A stretch of DNA of 47,271 nt, from contig CAVPLU010000017.1 of the NCBI GenBank assembly GCA_963706285.1, forward strand, positions 1 through 47,271, written 5' to 3'. The translations under genes and the position numbers were made by a program. The stretch is from Candidatus Bathyarchaeota archaeon. GTDB taxonomy: Archaea; Thermoproteota; Bathyarchaeia; 40CM-2-53-6. Positions 10,353 to 20,425 of this stretch are shown piece after piece; positions within the stretch are counted from its first letter, which is position 1, and the number at the start of each line of letters is the position of its first letter. The notes beneath the pieces were generated by a model that was given only the letters and a program-made list of their open reading frames with translations, was not told the DNA's origin and did not search any database.

Positions 10353-10949
10353 CTACGACTGAAACTTGAGCGTGTTATACGAGAGCAATACGACATAGAT
10401 CAGTGCGCTGAAAACGGTAAACCACTCCAGTAGCGGCGTGTTACTGACGGCGACAAATAGCATGTTAATCAAAGCGGCAATGAGGCCGTAGTAGCCGATC
10501 GGTTTTCGGAATCTCGGATGTGTCATCAGCGAGATGTTAGCGAGGATCAGAACAATCAGGTTAAAGACGAAGAAGACATCGGACCAGAATACGTGTTGTG
10601 TCATGTAATCTTCTGAGAATACGCCGATCATGATCAACGCGAACGCGGAGATGAATCCGACAATTTGGGTGGCCACGATCATGATTTTTCTACGCTTTTC
10701 GTTCGTGTACCATTTGTACACTCCGGCAAAGAATGGAAACAACGCTAGGCCCGTAAGGACGCACCCAACGTTGTAGAACACGGCACCACTAGGATTGAAA
10801 CTGGAGTTTCCTAGGTCACTCAGCCAGTTGGTAACAGGACTGAACGGGCTTGGAAACAAAGCTATTGAAGTGAAGGTAAACGCGCAATAGAAAACTACGA
10901 CCAAGATTCCTGCGAGGGTAAGTATGGGCCACTTCAGATACTTTGACAA
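10353..10949 (-). CDS. DUF998-like multi-pass membrane protein
   Basis: FSPVTNWLSDLG, GVFSED...H and EW motifs with ~6 TM segments. Likely TTG start at 10949. Confidence 0.75.
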   Translation of the reverse strand: MSKYLKWPILTLAGILVVVFYCAFTFTSIALFPSPFSPVTNWLSDLGNSSFNPSGAVFYNVGCVLTGLALFPFFAGVYKWYTNEKRRKIMIVATQIVGFISAFALIMIGVFSEDYMTQHVFWSDVFFVFNLIVLILANISLMTHPRFRKPIGYYGLIAALINMLFVAVSNTPLLEWFTVFSALIYVVLLSYNTLKFQS

Positions 10950-11101
10950 TACCTGACCCCAATCAACCGATGCACACCCGCGACAAGATATGCCTTGCCC
11001 AATAACAAGAAATGAAGATGCCTCGCTAAGGAATCTCCGTCCAGGAATGGGGATTAGTGTTTCCACAACAGGGATTCCACAAACATTGGAACAGGAGACT
11101 A

Positions 11102-11545
11102 CTACACAAGAGCAATGCCGCATTTTAGGCAGAACTTGGAGCCCTCGTAGAGTGCTCCGCATTTGGGACATGCCATGCCGTATTTCTCGATTATGTGCCA
11201 GCATTGGTCGGGAAGCTTTGACTGCTTCCAAGCCCCGTATGCTGCTGTAACTAGCAGAGGAGCGAATATTATGGCGCCTACAGCGCCAACTGCGGCTTTG
11301 TCCACCCATTTCTGGGCGCCAAGCGTCACCATGATTCCACCCTTGTTCCTGCTGAACTGTGTCGTCATCGCGTTCGCTGTGCCGGTGATGGTTCTCAGGG
11401 TGCCGCGTTTTCTCATTTGAACGAGCACATCGGGCGCGGTTCCTATGATCTGAGTTTCATAGCCTTGTGCCGAGAAGTATTCCTGCAGTTCCTTGACGCA
11501 TGCTGCAACATCCATGTTTTGGGAATACACGCGCTGATCTACCAT
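11102..11545 (-). CDS. Hypothetical protein with C-terminal zinc ribbon
   Basis: Central hydrophobic segment and C-terminal CPKCG...FCLKCG. Confidence 0.75.
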   Translation of the reverse strand: MVDQRVYSQNMDVAACVKELQEYFSAQGYETQIIGTAPDVLVQMRKRGTLRTITGTANAMTTQFSRNKGGIMVTLGAQKWVDKAAVGAVGAIIFAPLLVTAAYGAWKQSKLPDQCWHIIEKYGMACPKCGALYEGSKFCLKCGIALV

Positions 11546-11720
11546 TATGGCACGGGCTGGGGGAGATCGTTCGCCGAATGTATATTATTTCTACTCCTCC
11601 ACTCTGACGAACGCGGTTGGAGGAGTGATTTTGTGTGTGCAAATACTTGCGACACACTTGGCGAGTGAAGATTAGAAGAAAAAGGGGTTGTTAACATGTG
11701 AGTTTGCGCTTGGGTCGAGT

Positions 11721-11876
11721 CTAAGCTCGTTTTTGTCGGTAGTTGCTGAACAGGCTCTTGCTGTTGTCGACGATGGATTTTCTGGTTTTGTCGTTGGCAA
11801 ATACAGCACCCAAGGCAACTCCGACGCCGAGCGCAATCGCGCTGAGCGCGATGCCCTTCTTCGCGTCACCATTCAT
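11721..11876 (-). CDS. Small single-TM protein (YtxH-like architecture)
   Basis: MNGDAKKGIALSAIALGVGVALGAVFANDKTRKSI...; AGGAGG SD upstream and a T-rich tract downstream. Confidence 0.55.
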   Translation of the reverse strand: MNGDAKKGIALSAIALGVGVALGAVFANDKTRKSIVDNSKSLFSNYRQKRA

Positions 11877-12128
11877 TGTTTTTCTTTCCCTCCTTGCGAA
11901 TCTTGTTACGCGATACACGGACGTTCCGTGATAAGAACATTATTGTGCACCCCGACTGGATCGTGTTGAAAAAAGTGGTCTTAGCAGGTAGCAAATCACA
12001 CGGAAAATAGTGTAAGCGCAGAATCGCGGTTAGGAATAGCCGCAAGTTCGGCACAAGAAAAGATGCGTTATCTAGAGTGCCACGACGGCGTAGACACATT
12101 CTAGCACATCGTCAGACTCGGTACATGG

Positions 12129-12884
12129 CTATCCGACTGTGATTCCTGCCATTCGGAGAAGGATCGGCATCAGGGTTCCCAATGCATACCCTGCTAGGCC
12201 GGAGAACGCGCCAATGCCCATGACCTCCAGTCCTCCTTTGAGCAGCTTTCCATGCGCAATTCTGGATTTGTAGACTCCCAGTCCAAATAGCGCAGCCAAA
12301 GTCAAACCAACAGAGACAACGAGTGCGTTGTGCAGAGGCAACACGACATACGGGACAACTGGGAAGAGGGATCCGCCGAGATACGAGACGCCCATGACCA
12401 GAGCGTCTCTCGGGCCAGTGTGAATTGGATCCATCGATAACCCAAGCTCCTTCTCCACCATGGTTCGAATCCAAGACTTCTTTGAGGTGGTTATCAGGTC
12501 AGCTACCTTGGATGCGTCAGCAGCTGAAAGGCCCTCACTCTTGAAGAGCGTCTCGATCTCCCTCTTCTCAATCTCCGGGACTGTCTCCACTTCGCTCCTT
12601 TCCCTAGAAATCGCCCACTGCTGGACTTCACGCTCGGCCTTCGATGACAAGTATGCGCCGGCACCCATCGATATGGATCCAGCAAAAGCTTCAGCGAGAC
12701 CTGCTATCAGCACATAGAAGTTGTTGGTGGTAGCACCAGCCACCCCAGAGACCACACCAAGTGGCACAAGAAGTCCATCTTCTGTGCCGAAAACAATTTC
12801 TCTAATCTGTGAAAGCCTCGCAACTTTCTTTCTTTCCTCGAAGAGTTTCTCGGCTTCCGAATCGCTCATCTTAGATCCTACCAC
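12129..12884 (-). CDS. VIT1/CCC1-family Fe/Mn transporter
   Basis: IVFGTEDGL, AGSISMGAGAYLS, ERSEVETVPEIEKREI, MVEKELG motifs. Confidence 0.9.
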   Translation of the reverse strand: MVGSKMSDSEAEKLFEERKKVARLSQIREIVFGTEDGLLVPLGVVSGVAGATTNNFYVLIAGLAEAFAGSISMGAGAYLSSKAEREVQQWAISRERSEVETVPEIEKREIETLFKSEGLSAADASKVADLITTSKKSWIRTMVEKELGLSMDPIHTGPRDALVMGVSYLGGSLFPVVPYVVLPLHNALVVSVGLTLAALFGLGVYKSRIAHGKLLKGGLEVMGIGAFSGLAGYALGTLMPILLRMAGITVG

Positions 12885-13037
12885 TTCTCGTTTAGTGAGT
12901 CTGCAAACAATGATTTATGCACGAGGTTCTGAACAAAGGAACACGATGCGTCAAGTCATCGCAGAGGACAAACTACCCCAAACCGGCTGGTAGTGTGGGC
13001 AGAAACTCGGCGACAGAACTGGGCATCGTGGAAATAG

Positions 13038-13965
13038 TTACGTTATGAAGACGCGGCGGGGCATGATCTTCTCTTCCATAGATAGTTTGCATACGAAGGA
13101 TCCGAGAATCACGATGAGGCACCCAGCCCACAGATACAATCCGGTTCCGACTCCAAGGTACATGGAGCCAATGATGATGGAGAGGAGAGGGGTAAGATAT
13201 GACAGAGAGGTTACGAGAATCATGTTTCCCCTCCTCATGGCCGTATCCCAGAATACGTAGGCAAGGATGGTGGGAAATACTGCCATGTACGCAAGTTCTA
13301 CTATGGATTGGCTATTCCATTGAGTTCTTTCTGGGAAGACAAGCCGCAACCCCGCGAGTACCAATCCGGTTGCCAGAAGGAACAATGGCACCGCCCCTAT
13401 CTCTGCCCCTCTCGCCCAGCGGCGGGTCAAGTTCGAGTACAATGCCCAACAAACGGCCGCCACGAAGGCAAGCACGTACGGAGAGCCAGTTGGTAATTAG
13501 ATTCCCGACAAATTGATTCCAGGACTCACCGATCTGAGCCGCAGCGAGAAGTGCGCCTCCGAATCCTAGTAGGCAGCCAGGGATCAATGTGGCACGAGCT
13601 TTCTTCTTGAGAATGGGAGCTGCCATTACGAGCGTTAGACTCGGCCAGAGATAGTTGACGAGACCTACCTCAAGGGTTTGTAGACGATTCGTTGCACTCC
13701 CGATCGCTAGATAGAGACTCGCCATGTAGACGATGAATAGAGTTCCGCACCCGAAGAGATACGCCTTAGGAAGATGAACGAGTTTTCCAAATTCTCGTGA
13801 TATGATCAGATACGTGCATGAGAGTCCGCCTGCAAGCAGGAAGATGTAGGAAGCTGCTGTGAGCGTTCCAAGCTTTTCCGCGAGGCTTCGTGAAAAGGCG
13901 ATCGTGGAACCCCAGAAGATCAGAGCCATGACCCCGTAGGCTGTGCTCCGAGTATTCGCGTTCAT
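13038..13965 (-). CDS. EamA/DMT-family transporter (YddG-like), frameshift ~13478
   Basis: EVGLVNYLWPSLT, WALYSNLTRR and LSYLTPLLS motifs resemble the aromatic amino acid exporter YddG. Confidence 0.85.
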
Positions 13966-13982
13966 GAAAGAGCCTGCTAAGA

Positions 13983-14576
13983 CTAGGGCTGTTTTCCGAA
14001 TATTATTGAATCGTTTCCATAGGCGATTGTTTGAATTATTGAGAATCCGGCTCGTTCCAGATCCTGAACGACTTTCATTTGGTCGACTATCGGTGGGCCA
14101 ACTCTCCCTGACAATAGTCCGCCACGAGTCCTTTCAACGATCGCCAATCTTCCGGATCGTTTCAGGATTCTCAGAAACTCGCCTAGAACCTTCCGCTTGT
14201 CAACGACCTCATGGAAAACATGATTCAGGAAGATCAGGTCCACACTCTGATCTTCGAGCTTGATCTCGGCTCCATCAGTCACCAGAAGCTCGACCGTTAC
14301 GCCGTTCTTTCTTGCGTTTGAGTCCGTCTTCTCGAGCATTCGTGGAGAGATGTCCACAGCGATTGTCCTTGCGACAGTCTTTGCTATCGGAATCGTGTAG
14401 AACCCGGGGCCACATCCGAAATCAACAACAACATCAGTTGCCCTCAGGTCAAGCTTCAAGATCAGCTTGTCAGGCGGCTCAAGGAACCTCCTGATTCGAT
14501 TGTTCAGGATGAAAGCTAGCCTCTCAGGGAAGCGCTTGTGCGAATGATGATCTTGAGCATCCAATCCGACATACAC
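13983..14576 (-). CDS. Class I SAM-dependent methyltransferase
   Basis: VVDFGCGPGFYT, AVDIS, HVFHEV, RILKRSGRLAIVE. Confidence 0.85.
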   Translation of the reverse strand: MYVGLDAQDHHSHKRFPERLAFILNNRIRRFLEPPDKLILKLDLRATDVVVDFGCGPGFYTIPIAKTVARTIAVDISPRMLEKTDSNARKNGVTVELLVTDGAEIKLEDQSVDLIFLNHVFHEVVDKRKVLGEFLRILKRSGRLAIVERTRGGLLSGRVGPPIVDQMKVVQDLERAGFSIIQTIAYGNDSIIFGKQP

Positions 14577-14724
14577 TCCGCAAATCGACAGCGCTGAGTC
14601 GTGAGAGCGAGATTCCGCTAGTTAGATGGCACGTCTGATGTTTACGTCTTACGAGGAACGAAACAAACTTACATAAGGCAGGCAGAGGGAACGGGCCTCC
14701 CAGCAGTGACGCTGAGAATCAGTC

Positions 14725-15912
14725 GTGACCGAAACAAGAACCGGAAAGTCAAAGACGGGCTTTTCGCCCCTCCTAGTTCTCGGGCACGCGGTCAACGACA
14801 CCTCCGCTAACCTGTATACTGGCCTGTTGCCCGCGTTCGCGAGCCTCTTCGGTCTCTCCTATCTGCTCGCCGGGCTCGTCGCGATGGTCTTCAACATAAC
14901 CTCATGTATTATACAGCCGCTGCTCGGCCGCTGGTTTGATCGAACTCAAGCATTTTGGCTCATCGAAGTTGGCATCGCTTTGAACTGCATAGCGATGAGC
15001 CTCACAGGCATCGCTCCGAACTACACAATCCTGCTGCTCCTCGTTGGGATCGCAGGCCTAGGCTCCGCGGCTTTCCATCCACCATCGTTCTCCACAGTCG
15101 TAAGATCCGGTGGGCCTTCAAGAGGTCGCGCAATGGGAATATTCCTCTCTGGAGGAAATACCGGCTATTTCCTAGGTCCGCTTGTTGCAGGCCTCATGAT
15201 CTCCGCGCTCGGATTACCCGGGTCCTTGTTATTATTGCCAGTTGGTGTAGCCACAGCAGCGCTTCTCTTCAGAATTCGTGTTGGAGATCATCACGAGACG
15301 CCCTCAACGACGGATAAAACCCAACCGGCCAACAAGCGCCTCCTCACCCTACTAGCGACGATCACAGCTTTCCGATCCATCGCCACACAAAGCATCGTAA
15401 CCTTCCTGCCTTTGTATTTCGTCGCAAAAGGCAACTCGATTCTGGTTGCCACATCTATCGCGTCCTTATGGATGGGCATCGGAGTCCTAGGTCAATTGGT
15501 AGGCGGTTATCTCTCGGACCGCATTGGAAGACGCCCCGTCATAGTAGTCTCGCTTCTTGCAGGCGGGCTGTCGTTCTACGGGTTTCTGTATTCATCCGAA
15601 CCCATCTCCATACTACTGCTGGCTCTCTCGGGCTGTCTTCTCTACGCAAGCTGGTCCGTGATCGTGGTAATGTCTTCTGAAGCGGCCCCAGCAAATGTCG
15701 GAGCAGTAACTGGCTTCATGCTAGGATTCTCCGTCGGCGTAGGCGGCTTTGGAGCCCTAGGCTTTGGCGGAGTAGCAGACAACATAGGCTTGAACTTCGC
15801 TTTCGTTATCATCATAGCATCTGCCCTGGTCGGAGGAATACTTGCTCTCCTTCTACCACGAGCCAGGAACCTAGCAAGAAATGCTACTCATGTTCCGTTG
15901 ATAGATTCCTAG
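14725..15912 (+). CDS. MFS transporter (Fsr-like)
   Basis: GHAVND, QPLLGRWFDR, GSAAFHP and GYLSDRIGRR motifs; ~12 TM segments. Confidence 0.9.
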   Translation: MTETRTGKSKTGFSPLLVLGHAVNDTSANLYTGLLPAFASLFGLSYLLAGLVAMVFNITSCIIQPLLGRWFDRTQAFWLIEVGIALNCIAMSLTGIAPNYTILLLLVGIAGLGSAAFHPPSFSTVVRSGGPSRGRAMGIFLSGGNTGYFLGPLVAGLMISALGLPGSLLLLPVGVATAALLFRIRVGDHHETPSTTDKTQPANKRLLTLLATITAFRSIATQSIVTFLPLYFVAKGNSILVATSIASLWMGIGVLGQLVGGYLSDRIGRRPVIVVSLLAGGLSFYGFLYSSEPISILLLALSGCLLYASWSVIVVMSSEAAPANVGAVTGFMLGFSVGVGGFGALGFGGVADNIGLNFAFVIIIASALVGGILALLLPRARNLARNATHVPLIDS

Positions 15913-16045
15913 TGGAGACTTGGTCAACGTCTCTGTTTGAACGTGGTTGTCGCTCGCTCTGGAGACCTAGTTCTGCTGAGAACAAACGATCATGCCGTAA
16001 GTCTTAAGTCGCCACACCAAGAGACGATCGTCCACGTGAGATGTT

Positions 16046-16231
16046 ATGGCAGACCCACATTTTGAAGTCTTCAAAGACGCTTCGGGGCAATTCAGATTCA
16101 GACTGAGAGCTCCCAACGGCGAACCAATAGCATCCAGTGAAGCATACACAACAAAGGAAGCCTGCATGGACGGAATCAAATCAGTCCAGAAGAACGCTCC
16201 AAAAGCAAAAGTAAAGGACATGACAACCTAA
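16046..16231 (+). CDS. YegP/DUF1508 (UPF0339) family protein
   Basis: FEVFKDASGQFRFRLRAPNGEPIASSEAYTTKEACMDGIKSVQKNAP. Confidence 0.9.
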   Translation: MADPHFEVFKDASGQFRFRLRAPNGEPIASSEAYTTKEACMDGIKSVQKNAPKAKVKDMTT

Positions 16232-16308
16232 GCTTCGAGCCGCGGGAACACCGCGTATCTATCCCGACTTTTTCTCTATCTTGTCTCACGAGAGACCATG
16301 CTGTGAGT

Positions 16309-16338
16309 CACGAGTCTCCGTCATACAGGAGTCTCGTG
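16309..16338. terminator. Hairpin between convergent genes
   Basis: CACGAGTCTCC / GGAGTCTCGTG, an 11-bp stem with one mismatch and an 8-nt loop. Confidence 0.35.
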
Positions 16339-16373
16339 GCATGCAGACTGATTGTTGGATGGATGGGTTGTCT

Positions 16374-18894
16374 TCAGTACGCTTTCGAGAGCTCGGTGCG
16401 CACATTGCCTTGCCGGTCGCGATACGTGATTTGCCAGTTCGGCGCCCAAGCTAGCGCTATCATATCGACCGCGATGTCGCTTCTGTTCGGTCTCACAGGC
16501 ACTTCTTGAAACGCCTTCGTAGCGTCGTCCCAGCGTGCTGTAATAGCCGTCGTCTCTTGCTGTAACTCACTTTGTATCTGATCGATGTCTTTCTGCAACG
16601 CTTCTGCGCTCTCCGTGGCTTCTTGGGCACGCATCTCAGCCGCGGACTTCTGGCGATACTTGCTCAGAGTGGTGGAAGCGGAGCGTATTGATCGTCGGCC
16701 TAGGAAAAGACCTAGCACTGACTCTCCAGCAGACACCACGACCTCTCGTTTTCTTGCTTCAGCATCTGCCTGCTTCATCGCGACTGTTGATTGGGTTCGC
16801 CGTAGTCGATCCTGGAGTGTCCGTAGGCGTGTCTCGTAGCGCTGATTGAGATTGTCCACCTCTTCGTCCCGTTTCTCTCGTGCGGCTTGGCTCAGTCGCA
16901 GACGGAAATCGCGTTCGTTCTCATTGGGTTGAGAATACGCCTTGAGCGCTGAACTGTACAGCAGCTTCAGACTACTGTTACGGTAGATGTGATCGATCAG
17001 ATCGTCCTTGAGCGTGTTGAATTCTCGTGCCTCGTTGATAGACTCGGGCAATTGCCCAAAGCGAGCATCCGGCTCTGAGCGGTTCAGCAAGTCGCGTGAT
17101 GTCAGATCTAGCGACTGTGCTTCTTCCCAACGTAAGATTCCTCCTCCGCTTGGCGGCTGCGCGAGCAAAGCGAAATCCTGTGCAGTGTCCACATTCAGGC
17201 GCCGGTCAGCAAAGTGGACGCGGCCCATTCCCAAAGCGGCCGGCACGTAGAGGAGGATGCGGTTTTGCACTTCAACTGATCCTCCTGCTTGCTTCTCGAT
17301 GTCTTGCTGGGCTTCTCCTGAGCCTCTGCGCGTCGGAAGGTAGGTCTGTTGAATCTCAGCTGGGAGAACTGGAGGTGCAGCTAAGGGTTCACGACCAAAT
17401 GGCGCCGGTCGGGTTGCGGCTTGAGTAGGGGTATCTGGCGCTAATCCGACTTTCGTTAGCGGTATGGGGGCCGCCGTGTCAGGCTGCCGGCTATTCATCA
17501 ACACACGGATCTGTTCCTTGGTCAGCGGGCCACGAAGGTAACTCATCGCCCACCGAGACTGAAAAGTAACGGGTGCATCTGCGTGCACATTATGCAACAA
17601 GAAGACGCGGTTGGTCAGCGAGGAGATTATGTGATCGACCGTGCTTCGACTCATTGCCTTGCCAGCTACCGAGGATGCGCTCTCCAATCCCTCCAGCAAT
17701 CGCATCTTGTCACGCTCGGTTTGTAGTCGACCGATGAACCAGGTGCCAGCGTTCGTGAGCCCTTTGTAGTCCAAGTCTACAGGGTTCTGGGTAGTCAATA
17801 CGACGCCGAGGCCGAAGGCTCTCGCCTGCTTCAGCAACGTGAGCATAGGTTGCTTGCTAGGCGGATTGGCCACGGGCGGAAAGTAGCCGAAGATCTCATC
17901 CATGTATAGAAGGGCACGCAGGCTGGTGGTGCCGGGCTGAGTACGGATCCAAGTGATCACCTGATTCAGCAGCATGGTCACGAAGAACATTCGTTCGCGA
18001 TCGCTCAAGTGTGCGATGTAGAAGACCGAGTGGCGAGTCTTGCCGCTCTGGCGTACTGAGAAAGCCCGCCACGTCCAGCGGCTGTCCCTTAAGCCAATTC
18101 TGGAAAGAGGGTGCGGCGATGATATTGTTCAGGCTTATTGCGAGTTCAAACCGGTCTTTCTGAGGGAAGAAGGTGTCGACAGGGAGGACGCCGAGCTGGC
18201 TGATGGGAGGATTCTGGATCGCCAATATGAGTTTCGCGAGATCTAGATCTTCGCCTTGACGCCAGAAGTATTGAAACAGGTTCGACAATAGTATGTGTTC
18301 TCGGGACCGCACTGGATCCGCATCGATGCCAACCAGTCCAAGCAGTGCGCTGACCGTTCCCTGAATTCGTTCAAGAAGATATTCGGAGTCGGTGTCCCAG
18401 CTTAGGGTTGGTGCGGCGAAAGACTGCAAAATCGAGACAGGGATGCCTGCGTCGCTGCCGGGCGTGTAGATCACGAAGTCCGTTGAGTCGCGCAGCATCT
18501 TGATGCGGGCTTTGTCTTCTCCCCAGTCGGCGAGTCCTTTGGTCCACATCTCTGCTTGTTGGGTGGCGAATTGGTCCTCGGTCAAACCTTTGCGTCGTGC
18601 GTCGTCAATGTTGATCCAAGGCTGGAAATCCTGTGCACGTAACTCAGGGAAGGTGAGTAGGAGATTGGTCATGTCGCCTTTCGGATCAATTATGATGGCT
18701 GGGACGTGGTCAATCGCCGCTTCTTCGAGGAGGCAGAGGCACAAACCTGTCTTGCCGCTACCGGTCATGCCAACACAGACAGCATGGGTCGTCAGGTCGC
18801 GAGCATCGTACATCACAAGCTGATCCAGTAGCTTGGCTTTCTTCAGATCGTACTCTTTGCCTAAGTAGAATGCGCCTAGCTTCTCGAAGTCCAT
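16374..18894 (-). CDS. HerA/FtsK-superfamily P-loop ATPase (DUF87/DUF853-like) with C-terminal coiled coil; frameshift ~18045
   Basis: THAVCVGMTGSGKT (Walker A), IIIDPKGD, LLYMDE (Walker B), LLKQARAFGLGVVLTTQNP, and a long heptad-rich C-terminus. Confidence 0.88.
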
Positions 18895-18972
18895 GTTTCT
18901 CTTCCAACAATAGTAGCAGTCTGAGCTTTTGAAGTATGATTCTCAAGCCCTAGCGCATGCTCTTATCCGCAA

Positions 18973-19104
18973 GCTGGCTCCGGAACAGTCGAAAATTGTA
19001 GAAAGAAAGTCGAGGAGTACAAAAGAAGCGGGTGCACTTGCCCGATTCTATATCCGCTTGGAGAAGACGTTCAAGCAATGATCTCCGCATTCTCACAAGC
19101 ATGA
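18973..19104 (+). pseudogene. 3'-terminal remnant of an LLM-class (luciferase-like/Mer-like) oxidoreductase gene
   Basis: Hand translation AGSGTVENCRKKVEEYKRSGCTCPILYPLGEDVQAMISAFSQA* resembles the C-terminus of LLM-class enzymes. There is no room for the rest of the gene upstream. Confidence 0.6.
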
Positions 19105-19140
19105 ACTGAATCAACAAGACGTTCCTGAGCGCACTGAGCC

Positions 19141-19398
19141 TTACGCATATGTATTCACCGTTTCTGTGATCTTGTCACTATCGGCTCCGACAGCAGGCTC
19201 CAGCCAACGTTGGCTCTGACCTGACCCAACACTAAGCGGGACAGCACCGGTTCCAGCCCTCAGCACATCTAACACAAGGTCACCCGCATTAGCCGCCACA
19301 GTAACACTTGCAGGACGATGTGACCCACTATTGGACGCCGACCATTGGACGAACAGAACTAAGTGAAATCGGATCCAATTTCGAATGGAATCGACCAC
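19141..19398 (-). pseudogene. Possible fragment of an extracellular beta-rich domain
   Basis: ASVTVAANAGDLVLDVL...LSVGSGQSQRW reads like a surface-protein domain. No convincing start or signal peptide. Confidence 0.3.
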
Positions 19399-19470
19399 GA
19401 CAAGCTAGAAACGACAATCGCAACCGGAGTGACTGCAATGAGTTTCGAGACTGGGCCTCTCGAGAAGATT

Positions 19471-20327
19471 CTACTTCTTTCTTCTGCGGAGGAAGAATAC
19501 TCCAACCAGCGCGACGGCTGCAACCGCGACGACTATCATGATAATGCTTTCAGTTGTGAGCATCCCGCCAGACTCCTGTGATGTCGTTGTAGAATGCTTC
19601 GACAACTCGAACTGGAATGCATTAAGGTGAATGGTGGAACCCTTCGAAAGGTTATCGTAGACGGCATTGAGATCTTCGTGATTGGAATTAGCGATCCCTT
19701 GCTTCAAGTCGGCTATGTCCTTCTGTTCAACAAGCACGCCCACCTTGAGCGCTTCAACCAGAGAAACGCTTCCTTGTGGAATCAGTTCATTGTAGAGCTT
19801 CTGTAGATCCGAGTTGGCAAACACACCTTGTCCCTTACCTGCCGCAGGATCCGGGATCCCGTGGTTGTCCAGCAGGGGTTTTAGGCTGTCCATGTGCTTC
19901 TGCTCACTCCCGGATGTGTCCTTGAGGAGTTGGTTATCCCACTTGTCACCTAGGACGGAGTAAACATCTCTCGCCAGCTTTTCTTCTTCACGCATAAAAG
20001 TCAGCCAATATTTCTCTTGTTCAGTCAATGCAGAAGTGTCAATTTGCTTACCGATGTCATTGTGGCGGTTGTATATGTCATCGATGCTGGTTCGCAGCGG
20101 TCTGTCATACTTTCGCTTATCACCTCTTCTGGCGTCATCGGTCGATCGTGCTGTATAGTTCCAATTATGGGTCATCATCGTAGCCAGTTCGCGCTGGTCC
20201 CACCCATGCAGTAACAACCTTGATCATACTCTGGATGTTCAACTGTCTTTGGAACGAAGTTGCCGAGAATGATCACTGCAACGAGCAATGTGATCATGCC
20301 AATCATGGGCCAGAAGAAACGCTTCAA
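19471..20327 (-). CDS. Secreted, C-terminally anchored DUF2202 ferritin-like protein (frameshift ~20208)
   Basis: TTG start at 20327 with GAGGG SD and a hydrophobic leader MKRFFWPMIGMITLLVAVIILG. DUF2202 motifs MREEEKLARDVY, SEQKHMD, EQKDIADL, GSTIHLNAF. C-terminal T/S linker, TM helix and RRRKK. Confidence 0.8.
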
Positions 20328-20360
20328 CGGATGCCCTCTCTGAAATCTGGCTGCACATAC

Positions 20361-20372
20361 GTTATATTAAAG
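20361..20372. promoter_or_regulatory. TATA-like element between the divergent DUF2202 and ccmF genes
   Basis: GTTATATTAAAG reads as an archaeal TATA box on either strand, 35-55 bp from both starts. Confidence 0.45.
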
Positions 20373-20425
20373 CGCTATTGGTCCGTCTGATGGATTGAGA
20401 TTGGAGCGCGATACTCAGCCGGGGG

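Noticed and set aside
10950-11309. N-terminal extension of the 318-aa ORF 10353..11309
   Set aside because: It overlaps the zinc-ribbon gene and is non-protein-like. The membrane protein plausibly starts at 10949.
11604-11610. CTGACGA hammerhead-ribozyme core inside a hairpin loop
   Set aside because: No stem II-GAAA-stem III arrangement follows.
12461-12475. GGTTCGAATCC tRNA T-arm-like motif
   Set aside because: It lies inside the VIT1 coding sequence, with no cloverleaf around it.
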